DNA of 64,000 nt from Eledone cirrhosa (Eukaryota): NCBI GenBank assembly GCA_964016885.1, contig OZ024742.1:271994001-272058000 (forward strand). The letters are read 5' to 3'. Below the pieces are notes generated by a model. That model had not been told where the DNA came from. It saw nothing but the letters and a program-made list of their open reading frames with translations, and searched no databases. Positions 1 through 14,322 of this stretch are shown piece after piece; position 1 is the stretch's first letter, and each line of letters starts with the position of its first letter. The position numbers and the translations under genes are program-made.

Positions 1-110
1 CCAGGTAAGATTTGTGTGCATTATGAATCGGCTCTGAGATAATGAGAGATGAATCAAACACGGAGGGTAATTGTCAATCCAAAGGAAGGAGAGTGAAAAT
101 AAATAATTGA

Positions 111-291
111 TTTTACTTTTGGCACAAGACCAGCAAATATCCCAGCTCATTTCTGGTACATTAATATGTCGATCCCATAAAGATGAAAGGCAAAGTTAAC
201 ATCGGCTGGATTTGAACTCAGACCGTAAAGGGACGTGATTCTTTGCTGGAAAGCATGGCGTCCGACTTCTACCGATACTGCCAATTCACCG
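111..291 (-). mobile_element. tRNA-derived SINE with Meta-like central domain
   Basis: Reverse complement has a box-B-like GAGTTCAAATCC, then ...TTTGCCTTTCATCTTTATGGGATCGAC...GTACCAG and the family tail GTGCCAAAAGTAAAA; similar to the copies at 14.1, 20.7, 31.7 and 34.1 kb. Confidence 0.8.
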
Positions 292-939
292 AATGAAAAT
301 AAATAATAGAAATGATCTTGTCTAAAGCACTTAAGATAATGCCAGCTATTCACTTTTCTGCATACTGATACAAACTAATAGAGATATCCAGGGAATATCA
401 ATTCTATACGTTTTAGAGCCATTTACTGATAATATAAACAGAAACAAATACTTCTTTCACAAATACATTGCACTACAAACCGCTATAAATCGTCTTTTTA
501 GATAAGATTCCCAGCAAATTTGCTTCGACATCGTCATCAGTTTTTATTGTGTGCGTAATGTAGGGTTAATATAAAAACTAAACACTAGCAGCAAATGACA
601 TTTGATAATGTATGGAAAGGAGATGAAACGTCTCTTATTATGGCAATTTATATGAAACGCTGTCCAATATACGGAAGTAATTACATTTTCTAAAATATAA
701 TAAGTTTTGTCATCATAAAATAACAAGTTAGCTTAAATTCAGTGTGAGTTGAATGAAATATATGACAAAAATATGTGTGGCAAAATCATAAGCTATAATA
801 TATGCTGATTAAATATTTCATATTCCCTGCAACAACGTAAAATGTCCTTTGTATGTATTTGAATTGAAGAAAATGATCTTATAATTTCCTCGTTTACGCA
901 TGCATCCACCATACCTATTTATATTTATATCTATCACTC

Positions 940-3370
940 AACTGTTCGAGTGGGGCGGCGCGCCGGGAAGGGCTATGGATTTCGGTCTATACCTCGAAGG
1001 CCTACCGCAACTCTCAGACAGCGAGGCAAAGTTCTGCGAAAAGCCGATTTCAGCCGCTGAGATAGGGGACTCGCTGAGCCAATGCGGCAAACGCAAATCT
1101 CCAGGTCTCGATGGTCTACCCTACGAATTTTACGTAGTAATGCCGGACTTATTCTCCGGTCTCCTGGAAGCGGTCTACTGCAACTGGCAACAGAACAGGA
1201 GAATTCCCAGTTCTGTGACCAGGGGCGTAGTCACACTAGTCAGGAAGGACGATAATAAGGGGGATGACATAGGCAACTTCTGGCCCATAACTCTGCTAAA
1301 CACAGAGTTACAGATTTTGCCCAAGGTGTTGGCAAAGAGGCTGGCGCTTGTTGTCGGGAACCTGGTGGGAGAAGTGCAGACATGCGCAATCCCGACCAGG
1401 TCGATACACGGCAACATCCACCTCATGCGATACATTATAGAGAGGGTAGGGTGTAAACCCGTCTTCGGTGGGGCCCTGATCAACTTGGATCAGTCTGAGG
1501 CTTTCGATAGGGTTGACCATCGTTACCTGGATGCGGTGCTCGAGGCGACAGGCTTCGGACACGTCTTCAGGGGTTGGAGTGTTGCAATGCACAACAGGAA
1601 CATCTGCTCAAGGGTCAAGGTGAACGGTTAACTCTCAGAGCCGTTCTATTACGCGATCCATTCGACAGGGATGCCCTCTCTCCTCCATTCTGTACGTACT
1701 GACTCTCGAGCCACTACTGCAGAAGTTGACTGTATTGCAGGGCATCCCTCTGGAACCGGGACTGCGGAAAGCGGCGTAGGCCTACGCCGACGACGTAAAA
1801 GTAATGGTGTCGACCGCCTCGCAAATCGAGGAAGACGGCATCTTACTGAAGGAATACGAATGTTTCACAGGAGCGAAGCTGAACCGGGACAAGTCCATCG
1901 GTTTGCAACTCGAATCGTGGACAGGCAAACCGATGCCTTCCGATGGCGTCGTCGGACGCTGGACGGAAGGACCGGTAAAGCTGCTCGGGGCCTGGTTTGG
2001 TCCGGACCTCCAGGTGGAGAAGAACTGGAACGAAGTGACGGCCAAGGTGTTTGCACTCACCCAGAAGTTGGCCGAGTGTAAACTATACTTGAAAGGTCGA
2101 GCGGAGGTGGCGAACACTTTTATAGCGTCCACCATCTACTACTGCTTGACCGTCGTGCCTTGTCCAGCCAAAACGCTCACCAAAATGGAGCGCACGCTCT
2201 TCCAATTCCTTTGGAAGAGGCGGGCTCCTATGGTGAGAAGATCCATCTGCTGCCAACACCCTTCTAACGAAGGGCTGGGGTTGCCGTGGCTGACGATGCG
2301 CAAACACGCGCTCAGGCTGCGGCATTTCTACGTATTCCTCACCGGACAACCGGTGTGGGCCCCGTACGTGAGGTGAGCCTTCCCACGACTCGTCTCGCTG
2401 ACCGAGCTGCAGTCCTGCGTCAAGCAAAGACCGGGGAATATGGGCGACTAGCACATCGAATGTGTTCTGGCGCTCACAGCCCTCTGGCAGGCCGACCCGG
2501 TGATCAGTGGAGACTCCACTTCGTCATAGAGAGGGTTGATCCGAAGCAAGTGCGACGACGTGCTCGGTGAAACTCTAGGCGTAGAGGAAGATGAACTGGC
2601 CAGTCTGTTCGGTAGGACCTTCCGCCCGGGACCGATGGACAACTTCCAAAAGTCCTGGCCTGGCAGTGCTACCGAGGAGCTCTACCTGTTCGAGACAAGC
2701 TCTACAGACATGGGCGCCCGGGCAGGGAGCCTGCAAAAAAGATCTGTCCGAGGTGCGTGCGAGACGAAGAAACAGTTGCGCACGCATTCATACACTGCCC
2801 GGGCGTCACTGACCTGTGGGGCTATGTAGAACGACTAGTATCGCGGGTGGGACCAATCCGGTTGACGACCGAGTCCATTGTCATGATCAAACCGCCACCC
2901 TCCTTCAAATACGAAGGAGAGGCGGTTTTCCTTTGTGTGATAGCTATGGCGAAAGAGGTTGTATGCTGGACAAGGTTGAAAGGGCTGAGGTCAGATACCT
3001 TTCTCTCCGGCCAACAACTGATTCTTTTTTTCAATTACCACTTTGGAAGAAGAATCAGGATGGATAGAGAGGTGCTGACCCCAGCAAGTTTTATGAAAGG
3101 TGGGGGAAAGTGGCGAGAATGGCCCGAGTGAATGGGCCTTCTCTCTATATCAGCATGTAGGTTGAGGAAAAATAGGAAGAGAAGAAGGGGTACAAACTCT
3201 TCTTACTCCTGGAGATGAGGGTTGCACATATGAACTGTCTCCCTCTATTGGGGAAAATCGACTAATTTTTAAATTGCATTTGTGATAATATTTTACACGT
3301 TTTTATTGTATGTAAACTTCCCCCTTTGTATTAATCCCTTATTTTGTGCCCCTGTGGCTAATACAGAAAC
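940..3370 (+). mobile_element. 5'-truncated L1/Tx1-clade LINE (RT and C-terminal zinc region, frameshifts and stops)
   Basis: ORFs 900-1631, 1804-2376 and 2757-3131 carry KSPGLDG, PITLLN, LDQSEAFDRVDH, RQGCPLS, AYADD and GLGLP motifs. Probable 13-bp TSD ATATCTATC(A/G)CTC at 927-939 and 3371-3383. Confidence 0.92.
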
Positions 3371-4633
3371 ATATCTATCGCTCTATTAATAACTCTGAAC
3401 GTGAAACAATATTGTCCCAGATTAAAAATATTTGTAATGCTTTTATTATGTATACTATTATTAATATTATATTAAGGTTTTCTACCTTAATACTGGAATT
3501 CTTAACCTGATCTCTTGTTGAGTACATACAACCTTTAGATTGTTTAAATACATTTAATTTTGGTTTTTGTATTTTCTAAATCTTATATCTTATATAGTTG
3601 ATACCTTGAAAGTATTCAGACTTGTAAACCGTTTAATTACTTTGAAATGGTTGTTTACGATTCACGAGGATTAGATTATACATTTATAGTATAAAAGTCT
3701 CCTTAGATCCAAGTTGATAATTTTTTTTATACTTAAATTGATGTAACATTTTAAATAGTGCAAAATCTAGTCGAATCAAATTTATAACACTCTTAACAGT
3801 AATTATACGATATATAAGTGACTAATATCATCTTAAACCTTAAACTATATATAAATTATACAAATGTGTATATCTAGATAAATCTGGTTTAATAATATCT
3901 TATTAAATACATTTATAACGCTTTATGGCTTATTAATAACATCTTAATTTTAATGTTTTTTTACTAATATATTGATTAAATTCTTAATTTTAAATATAAT
4001 TGTGATTACCTTTGGAGTTATGATAAACATAAATGTATCACTTTCACGTTACATTTGCTTGAACTCTGATATAATACAATAATATAAATTCTTTAAAATG
4101 TTATAGTCTAAAATCTTATGTCATTTGATTAATTGAGTATTTGTAATTAATTTAAGATTTGAAAATAAACGGCCACGCATCATGTGCCTAAATATTATTT
4201 CCCCCCTATCTAATTATACGCTATTTATATATTACAATGCATATCTTCCTCCCTTTGTTTTGGCGATTAAACTTATTTTCCTCTCTCTAACATTTGATCA
4301 TTTCTCCCTTCTCTTGTTCCTACGATCAAATCTCCTTCTTTTTCTCTCTTTCCTCATGATTTGCTATCTGTATCTCTCACTTCTACTATCTACAATAATG
4401 AAGTATGCATATATCATTATTATTTAAATGTTTAACAGTTATATATGTTTATGTATAATATATTATTAGTTATTTATATATCTTTATACACATTCTCATA
4501 CGAACCCTCTGTATTATATGTAATTTTTCATGTTTCAACTTAAAGTATATAAATATTGAGTTTTGTCATCATTAATCACTGCCATGACTAAATTATAAAC
4601 ATCAACATAGTCAAGGTATGTCAGGCATCAACT

Positions 4634-4681
4634 TATTTTATCTGATGAATTCAGTACCACTGAAATATAATTAATAAAATA
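4634..4681 (+). ncRNA. degenerate minimal type I hammerhead-like motif
   Basis: TATTTTAT-CTGATGA-ATTCAGTaccACT-GAAA-TATAAT-TA-ATAAAATA: 8-bp stem I and both core boxes are present, but stems II and III are imperfect. Confidence 0.4.
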
Positions 4682-4824
4682 TATTTGATCACATGAATGT
4701 CTATATCTATTAATATTTTGAAGTAATATTAATAACTCCAGAAAACCCACTGTAGAGTGATTCGATTATGTTGTGAAACTTTATTCATTGATGAATTCAT
4801 TGAACCCTGTTAAACTTATAATTA

Positions 4825-5320
<496 letters not shown>

Positions 5321-5461
5321 CCGTGTGTCTATATATATATATTACCGTGTGTCTACCCTGCCTCTCATAGGTTATAGATTCCATACACTGGTCCTGTTTT
5401 ATTGATGGCGCACTATCTCTCTGTAGTGTGTTACCTTTTCAACATATTGTATATATATATA

Positions 5462-7305
5462 TCTTAGTCTTAGTCTTAGTTCCTCCAGTCCTCTGTGAAA
5501 CATTGGGCGACGAGCTTCCTCCACTTGATCCTGTCACTGGCGGCCCGTCTAGCACCTCTCTAGGTAATTCCCACCTCCTCCAGGTCCTCCCTGAGTGTGC
5601 TCCGCCCTGTTTTCGGGGTCTTCCCCGTTCTCTCCTGCCACCTTCTGGTACCCAATCCATGGCAATATGAGCAGGTCGATCTGACAGCAAACGAACAATG
5701 TGGCCTGCGAACCGCCGTCTCCTTTTTCCGGACAATGTCCCTTAACCTCTCCAATCCCGACCTCCTCATCACTTCCTCGTTGCTAACTTGGTCTCTCCAT
5801 GAAATTTTCAATACGGTCCGAATGCAACGACGATGGAATACATCAAGCTTGTTACATACACTTTCCGTACTCTTCCATGTTTCACAGGCATATATCGCTG
5901 TTGGTACTACAATGGACATGTAAACACGGAATTTGACGGCGTTGCCGATGGAACACCTGGATCATACCGGACGGAGTCGCTGGAAGACCGCCGCTGCTTT
6001 TCCCCGCCTTGTGCGCACATCCACCTCAGCATCCCCATCGTCAGAGATGTTGCTGCCAAGGTATTGGAAGTAGTTAACACATTCAATGTTGCGCTGACCA
6101 ACCATGATGGGAGGATTTGGAGGGTCACCTGTCGACATGCTCTTGGTTTTTTCACAACTGATGCGCAGGCCAACTTTCTCTGCATTGTCATTTAGAACGT
6201 TTGTCATCTGTTGCAGGTCTTCTCGGGAATGGCCTATCACTGCGATGTCATCGGCAAAGTCCAGGTCGTTTAATCTCTTCCCATCCCAACTGATGCCAAA
6301 ACGAGGGTCACTCATTGTCTTCTTCATGATGAAATCGATAACAATGAGGAAAAGGAAGGGCGAAAGGATGCAGCCTTGTCGAACACCCGTCAAGATGTCA
6401 AACATTTCCGTGTTTCCGTCCTTTGTCCTAACGCAGCTTCTGGAATATCGGTACAGCTAACTGAAGATGTTAATATATTTCTCTGGGACACCGTAGAGTC
6501 TTACAATCTTCCACAATGACTCCCGATGAATACTGTCGAAAGCTTACCTGAAGCCAATGAACTCCCGAAATTGTTCAATAATATTTCGGAGAGTGAAGAT
6601 CTGTTCTGAACAAGACCTACCACTGCGGAGGCCAACCTGTTCGTCTCGAAGATGACGATCTACTTCTGCTCTCAGCCGGTTCAGGATGACTATGCAGAAT
6701 ATCTTCCCTGGCACTGATAACAACGTGATCCCTCTCGAGTTGTTGCTGAGTCAGCCCTTCTTCAGTAGTGGTACAATCACTCCATTTCCCCAGTCCTCCG
6801 GCACCTCCTCTTCTTGCCAAATCACATTGCATATATGGGTGAGCTGCTCCTCTATTACATCCTTGCCCTGCTGCAGAAGCTCTGCAGAAATCTCATCCAG
6901 CCCTGCCGCTTTGTTATTCTTTTGGCAGCGGATGGCCTTGGCCACCTCAGCTCTTGTGATGTCGTCTAGTCGTACATCCAGCGGGTAGATCGCTTCCGCC
7001 CAGTCATGCTCGAAGACTTTGTTGCGGGATGGCTGATTGAAGACCTCACAAAGTGCTCGCTCCACCTCTGGGCCTGCTCTTCACTGGCTGCAAGCATCCG
7101 ACCATCTTTGCTCTTGATTGGCAAACTGCTTCCACTTCATCCTCCAGTTAGCTCTCTGACGATCCGGTAAGCGTCTTGGAATCATTTCGATCTCCTGCCA
7201 CCTATGCCTCTGCAGCCCGATCTTTTAACCACTGGCGCTTGTCTTTTCTACAGCTCTTCTTTACTTCCTTGTTAAGACGTCTGTACTCTTTGTCCACTTC
7301 CTTCC
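5462..7305 (-). mobile_element. RTE-clade LINE, 5'-truncated and degraded
   Basis: Minus-strand ORFs with KAAGLDEI, GVRQGCILSPFLF, LDFADDIA, FQYLGS, YACETW and GRPRK motifs; 3' tail of short (CTAAGA)n repeats; (TA)n on both sides. Confidence 0.92.
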
Positions 7306-7489
7306 ATTTATATATAGTTATATATATATATATATATATATATTGTTATACTTTGGGAGGGTCATGTTGCCAATAAGAAACACACACACCAGTTGCTATC
7401 ACTTCAATTTATTATATATTTATACATTTATAAATTTATATATTTCTGGTTGGTTGGTTGGTTCCACAACCAGATAGTTGTTTATATAT

Positions 7490-7534
7490 ATTCATAGTTC
7501 TTTCGTCACAAACTATGTGACCTCTTCAGTGACT
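7490..7534 (-). ncRNA. minimal type I hammerhead ribozyme (family A, inverted pLTR copy)
   Basis: Reverse complement: AGTCA-CTGAAGA-G-GTCACA tagtt TGTGAC-GAAA-GAAC-TA-TGAAT. Confidence 0.7.
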
Positions 7535-7913
7535 GGGGATTCCTTTCTTTGTCTCTGTGCCTCTCCTTTGTTCTGTACTACGCCATTTTGTTTCTGTGTG
7601 TGTGTTGTGTGCTCAGTCTGCGCATGCGCCACATCTGGGTGTCTGTGTGTGTTTATGTTCATTTATTTATTTGTTTATTTACATGTTACTGGTTGGTTGT
7701 TTGTTCTATGTCTGTGTGTGTTTTCATTTTGTCCTTCATTGTAAGTTGTGATGGTGCTCTCCACTTATATTTTCTATTTAATTTTGGTTGTAATTCTTTT
7801 ATGTTTATTGCCTCTGTAATTTGTCTAAACATTGCGTCTTTTCTGTGTGTAGATTCTATTTTTATTTCTATGTTCTCTAATTTACCCTAGTAAAACTAAC
7901 CCTTAAGGAACAT

Positions 7914-9160
7914 ATGTTCAAATTTAATGGAAAAACATATGCCCAAGAGGAAGGAGCAGCCATTGGTGTTAGCATTGCAGGCGACATAACTAACTTATTC
8001 ATGGTATGGTGGGACAGTAGACTTAAACTTAAACTTAAAGAACAATTAGAAGACCCCTTAACCCTGATAATGTACTCCCGCTACTTAGATGATATAAACA
8101 TCGTAGTTAAGACACCCCCACTAGAGAACAGTCAGGAACTAGAGAAAAACCCAATGGAAAGCATCCAGCAAATAGCAAACTCCATCCACCAGAGCATTAG
8201 AGTTACTATAGACTACCCAGGTAAACACCCCAACCATCGAGTACCTGTACTAGACACAGAGCTATGGTTAGATACCATTAACAACAAAAAACAAATCCCC
8301 CCTTCCCATTATGCCAAACCCATGACTTCCAAACATCTGATCCACCGAAACTCGGCCATTTCGGACCATACCAAAATCAACATACTGATTGCAGATTTGG
8401 TACGGGTGATGAGAAATGTGTCCCGCATGTGCAACCCCGAAGAACTAGAGAGACACATACAACACTTCATCCACCGTATGCAGTTCTCTGGCTACAATCA
8501 GAGAGATAAAATCAGAGTGTATAGAGGAGCCAGAACCAAATGGGAAAAAATGGTAAATAATGACATAAATGGGACATGCCCCTTGTATAGGAGCAAATTT
8601 TGGAATAGAATAGAAAGAACTAGGAACAAGGCTAATAGAATATGATAGCAATAAATACCAGAGTGTAATGTTCATCAATACAACCCCTAGAGGTGAATTA
8701 GCTTACAAATTTAGAAGGGCCCTAAATAAACATAAACTCAATATTAAGATAGTAGAAAGACCAGGTACCTCCGTAAAAACACTTATTAGCAAGACATACC
8801 CTTTTCAAAGACCCTCATGTATAGATAAGAAATGTATAACCTGTAAAATAAGCCCCCATATTAACTGTAAAACTAGAAATGTATTGTATTGCATAAGATG
8901 TACTGAAGGACAATGTAGAGACACAAATATAGTGTACATAGGTGAGACAGCTCGTAGTGTAGGGGAACAGATAGATGAACACTAGCGAGACCTTCAAGAT
9001 AATAAAGAATCATCTGTACTCTACCAACATGCTAAGATAGTACACACAAGGGTAAATTAGAGAACATAGAAATAAAAATAGAATCTACACACAGAAAAGA
9101 CGCAATGTTTAGACAAATTACAGAGGCAATAAACATAAAAGAATGACAACCAAAATTAAA
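7914..9160 (+). pseudogene. PLE RT/GIY-YIG endonuclease ORF, disrupted
   Basis: ORFs 7914-8645 and 8668-8985 are joined by a frameshift; a premature TAG follows the EH motif. Confidence 0.85.
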
Positions 9161-9403
9161 TAGAAAATATGAGTGGAACAGCAACATCACCACTTACAAT
9201 TAAGGACAAAATGAAAACACACACACACATAGAACAAACAACCAACCAGTAACATGTAAATAAACAAATAAATAAATGAACATAAACACACACAGACACC
9301 CGGATGTGGTGCATGCGCAGACTGAGCACACAGCACACACATAGAAACAAAATGGCGTAGGACAGAACAAAGGAGAGGCACAGAAACAAAGAAAGGAATC
9401 CTA

Positions 9404-9448
9404 AGTCACTGAAGAGGTCACAGAGTGTGTGACGAAAGAACTATGACT
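9404..9448 (+). ncRNA. minimal type I hammerhead ribozyme (family A)
   Basis: AGTCA-CTGAAGA-G-GTCACA gagtg TGTGAC-GAAA-GAAC-TA-TGACT: 5-bp stem I, 6-bp stem II, tiny stem III. Confidence 0.75.
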
Positions 9449-9938
9449 ATATATAAACAACTATCTGGTTGTGGAACCAACCAACCAACCAGAAATTTAT
9501 AAATTTATAAATATATAATAAATTGAAGTGAAAGCACCTGGTGCGTGTGTTTCTTATTGGCAACATGACCCTCCCAAAGTATAACAATATCGGTTTCAAC
9601 ACACGATTTCAGATAAAGAATCTTGCTAAACAAATTCAGAAACGAAATATATATATATATATATATATATAAATCAATAATAAATCAATAATAATGAGTT
9701 CAAATCTCAGGCCGTCTTTTACAATGAAATAGCTCAAAGAAAGAGTATTTCTGAGCCGTGTAATACAAGATAATATCAATTAATATATTTGATAAACACA
9801 AATACCAACATATTCATGTTTGTATTGTAAATGACCAAGTTAGCTAGATTGAAATATACTAATAATAATATTACAGTTTGCCTGTCTTGATTTAAGATAA
9901 TAAATCAACACAAACAAATCGTATTGGCAATGGCCGTG

Positions 9939-10066
9939 GTGCTTGGACAAATTTAAATTTCAAAATCAAACCTGTTCCGTAGACAGGTTTAAACCTTAAA
10001 ATCCAAATATGTTTCGAATAATAAAAAGTGGAAGAAATACCGCATTTTGATCTCCTCAGCAAGCAC
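9939..10066 (-). ncRNA. full type I hammerhead ribozyme (family D)
   Basis: Reverse complement: GTGCTTG-CTGAGGA-GA...TC-GAAA-long stem III-GTC-CAAGCAC; perfect 7-bp stem I, canonical core, GUC site. Confidence 0.8.
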
Positions 10067-10582
10067 TATAAAAATTGGTATGTTCGAAACATATTTGGAT
10101 TTTAAGGTTTAAACCTGTCTACGGAACAGGTTTGATTTTGAAATTTAAATGTGTCCAAGCACCACGGCCATTGCCAATACGATTTGTTTTTGTTGATTTA
10201 TTATCTTAAATCAAGACAGGCAAACTGTAATATTATTATTAGTATATTTCAATCCAGCTAACTTGGTCATTTACAATACAAACATGAATATGTTGGTATT
10301 TGTGTTTATCAAATATATTAATTTATATTATCTTGTATTACACGGCTCAGAAATACTCTTTCGTTGAGCTATTTCATTGTAAAAGACTGCCTGAGATTTG
10401 AACTCATTATTATTGATTTATCACTGCTCCTTCGTTGAGCTGAATTTATCCCCATACAAACGGCTGTTATTTCTAGCAGCACGAGTATGGGACTAGCTAG
10501 ACACTGGATAACCGCGTGAAATTACCTCGTGCGTTAAACAGTCTTTCTAAATATTTTGAAGTGGAACATACCAATTTTTATA

Positions 10583-10711
10583 GCGCTTGCTGAGGAGATC
10601 AAAATGCGGTATTTCTTCCACTTTTTCATTATTCGAAACATATTTGGATTTTAAGGTTTAAACCTGTCTACGGAACAGGTTTGATTTTGAAATTTAAATT
10701 TGTCCAAGCAC
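10583..10711 (+). ncRNA. full type I hammerhead ribozyme (family D)
   Basis: GCGCTTG-CTGAGGA(10590)-stem II-GAAA(10635)-long stem III capped by AAACCTGT ctacgga ACAGGTTT-GTC(10702-10704)-CAAGCAC. Confidence 0.8.
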
Positions 10712-10883
10712 CACGGCCATTGCCAATACGATTTGTTTTTGTCGATTTATTATCTTAAATCAAGACAGGCAAACTGTAATATTATTATTAGTATATTTCA
10801 ATCTAGCTAACTTGGTCATTTACAATACAAACATGAATATGTTGGTATTTGTGTTTATCAAATATATAATTTATATTATCTTG

Positions 10884-11242
<359 letters not shown>

Positions 11243-11657
11243 GAAATTATAATTGCGATGAAATAATATGCCGTTTCCTTCAAAGCACCGACTACAGTTT
11301 GCAGCTGGTCACCATCAATAATGTACCAGAAAAGTGTTCCATCGATGTGAAGCTCTAGGTTTATCAAGAGACCCCACAAGTGAATGATTCTCCAGAGGGA
11401 GAAAGTATTATTCGGTACAGCGCTCACGAAGTGCGGCAAAGGATGGACGTTCAGTGAGTACCATAATTGGTAGAAAAAGGCCACCACCAACCTGTTTAAC
11501 TCGACCGTATGGGATATTGGACAACAGAGTAATGAGATACACACACAGAGATACATGTGTATACATATAGGGAAACTGATATAAAAATGATTCGAAAAGG
11601 GCGCCTGGTATATATACACACACACATACTCACACGCGCGCACACGCAAACACTCAG

Positions 11658-11718
<61 letters not shown>

Positions 11719-11723
<5 letters not shown>

Positions 11724-11912
11724 ATAATAATAAATGTGAAGCCTAAAATCCAAAGAGGACTCGATAAGTATAAAAATATATCAAATTTATAAGAACCGTA
11801 GTGCAAATATTTATTAAACTAACAGATTAAATGTTAAGCAAAGAATCGGTGCTTTCATCCTTAACGGTATCTTCTGAAACTAACAACGTCAATCTGTGAA
11901 CGCAGAAGTGAA
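11719..11912 (-). mobile_element. terminal fragment of the 15.8-17.4 kb fold-back family, with HHR-like motif at ~11831-11881
   Basis: Reverse complement matches 17208-17400. Confidence 0.75.
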
Positions 11913-12189
11913 TATTATATATATATCAATATATATAGGAACGCTTGCATACATATATATATTAAAACGCCTGCATTCTAATTTTCGACAACCTGTGATC
12001 GAAAATCACCATGCAGGAGTTTTAACTTTTAACCTCATAATGAATGTTTTGAAGATCCAAAATGAAGAAAGCTGGCTTTGTTAACATCATTTTTTTTATA
12101 CATGGTTTAAACATGCTTTATATGTGTATAGGAGGTACGCTATACGAAACGTTTCTTTTTTTTTATGTATATATATATATATATATTAT

Positions 12190-12280
12190 ATCGGCGGGAA
12201 TTGAACTCAGCTCATAAAGGGACGTAACTCTATGCTTCAAAGCATGGTGTCCGACTCTCTACCGATACTGCCAATCCACA
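12190..12280 (-). mobile_element. SINE fragment (tRNA-like head)
   Basis: Matches the head of the SINE at 200-291. Confidence 0.7.
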
Positions 12281-12539
12281 AAATAATGTTCATACTTATG
12301 CTATTATCTTGTTTTAGTTGTAAACATTTATACAGAACTTTAAATAACAGGAAATGGTATAGATTTGTGAGTAATTGAATATAAAAGTGCTAACACTGTT
12401 TAATACCGTGAATCATACATAAACATTGTATAAATATTCAGGGCTTACATTCTGTTCGTCATTATTTTAAAATATTTATATCTGTTATTTTCCTTACTGT
12501 TATCAACATTGCATTGTAATCTGATGTTACACTTTATTG

Positions 12540-13150
12540 ATACTTCGGCTTCTGAAGGTAATTGACAACGATATTTGGTGTATCGATCTTGATCAACGTA
12601 TCCTTTCTCCAGAAAACGATCGGTGTATTATTAGCGAACTTCCCTGCATATGGTTATTGACAATTTATCTTTATAAGAATTTCATAACTCTTGGACAATT
12701 TCATTTGTAAAATGTCCAAAACCTATGGATATATTACTTCCTGTCTTGGAGTGGACAACTAAAAATGATGTTATAATTTCTTTATTCCCCTATTCCTCAT
12801 ATTCTGCTATGTTAAATCTGAGCATTGTTCATAATATGTTCATTATAATTTTGTTTTACAAGTTACTGATTCTGTACAACAATCAATGCTTCTTAAATTA
12901 CAGTTTTAAGACTTTCCCATAAGCCCTTTCTGTTACATTCTTCTTCTGCATCCACAATGTTCAGTTGTTTTGTATAATTGACATGAAATAAAGGTTCATA
13001 TCATTTCATTATGTCATTGAATAACATATTTTCAATTTTCATATTTAGCATTTCCTGTTCTTCAAAGACTATCAGGTAAGATTTAACGTCTAATTTTCGG
13101 TTTCCTTGATGACATTTAAACAGCTTAGCATGTATTTTGATTTAGTTTGT
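12540..13150 (-). pseudogene. highly decayed R4/Dong-like LINE relic (zinc knuckle/RLE region)
   Basis: Conceptual translation EALIVVQNQ*LVKQNYNEHIMNN...NIIFSCPL resembles the ETEGxxxAAQEQAL..Y..HI...CR.C...ET..HI...CP pattern partly seen at 50755-51081. Confidence 0.4.
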
Positions 13151-14135
13151 ATCAGCTTTTCACAATTTTTAATTAGTTATTTTTATAGAGCTGAGTAGGC
13201 ATTTTATAATTGTATCTAGAATGAATAAAGTCCTCACCTATATATATATGGCGACATATATTTAAATGAATCCCTTACTTTTCTTTGGTTTTTAAGAGGG
13301 TTGGTAATTCACCATTTACGTTCATTCCAGAAAACACATAATTGTGCCACAGCGAGGGTTTCTATTCATATATTAGTTTTATTCGTTCAGACTTTATTTC
13401 ATTTAACGATGTTTTAAATATCAAATATATTACTTCTATAGCAATATCAAAAAATGTTTCGTAACGTCTTTTATTTTCCTGTGTGCACGGTGTCAACTTA
13501 ATGATTCGTAAGTGTCTGTAACGTAACCGTAGGTTTCTAACCTTATATTGCTTTTCTACTGTACATCGGAATTCCGTTCATAACTAATTTTACTATTTTC
13601 AGATTTTTTTAATTTTTTTAACGATGTTATAATTCGAAATTAATATCAATTGCTATTGTACATCCTTGTAATGTCGTTAAACATGCTTCACCTTTATTGC
13701 ATGCAGCATATCTAAGGTTTTCCAACAGTAAATGGTGTTGGGTGAATGAGTTGGACCTAAACAAAGACATATAGACTATAAGGAGGACGTCTTATTGGAA
13801 TATAATTCATCTCGATTTCCAAATCACATCATATTACTGTGAGGCTTTGGAAAATAAATCTAGAACACTGAAATCAATGTTTATAAACCGCGACAACCGA
13901 AGTTTGTAAGTAGCTACTTTTTATTGTCATGTTTGGAATCATTCAAATCAATAATGATCTCTTTACTCATTCAAGGAATGGATTTCTAGGATTCTTAAAG
14001 TTATAAATAAATGTGTCAATGTATGCGCACATTGAAATTACCTTTTGGATGTATGTTGTTTTTTTTTTTTGTTTATCATTTACCGAATAGAGATATCACA
14101 GAATTTACGTTGAAGAGTTTGCTACTTATCTTCAT

Positions 14136-14322
14136 TGGTGGATTGACAGTATCGTTATAGTGTCCGATGCCATGTTTTGCAGCATAGTGTTACGCCTCTT
14201 TTTGGCCTGAGTTCAAATCCCGCCGAGGTTAACTTTGCCATTCATGCCCACGGGGTCGATAAAATAAAGCACCAGTAATGCACTGGGATAATTGCTGGCT
14301 TTGTGCCAAAATAAGAAACAAT
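14136..14322 (+). mobile_element. tRNA-derived Meta-like SINE
   Basis: GAGTTCAAATCCCGCCGAGGTTAACTTTGCCATTCAT...GGGGTCGATAAAATAAAGCACCAGT, tail AGAAACAATTA. Confidence 0.85.

Larger units (their letters stand above)
7343..9648 (+). mobile_element. Penelope-like retroelement (Naiad-like), 5'-truncated, with inverted pseudo-LTR
   Basis: RT (FKFNGKTYAQEEGAAIG, RYLDDI, FSGY, PLYR), CxxxxCxxC finger and GIY-YIG (VLYCIRC...YIGET). Arm 7343-7888 is the inverted copy of 9049-9587. Both ends abut (TA)n. Confidence 0.9.

Noticed and set aside
1175-3067. Antisense and alternative-frame ORFs overlapping the Tx1 elements (also 45-54 and 59-61 kb)
   Set aside because: They are shadow ORFs of GC-rich LINE coding sequence
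3400-4630. Extremely AT-rich stretch that might be a decayed PLE ORF upstream of the 4634 motif
   Set aside because: No convincing RT or endonuclease motif could be read by eye
8640-8920. Possible selenocysteine recoding in the Naiad-like PLE (TGA at 8643)
   Set aside because: The protein continues in a different frame (a frameshift), and the zinc-finger positions are ordinary Cys codons
14136-14230. tRNA gene (box B GTTCAAATCC)
   Set aside because: There is no cloverleaf; it is the head of a multi-copy SINE
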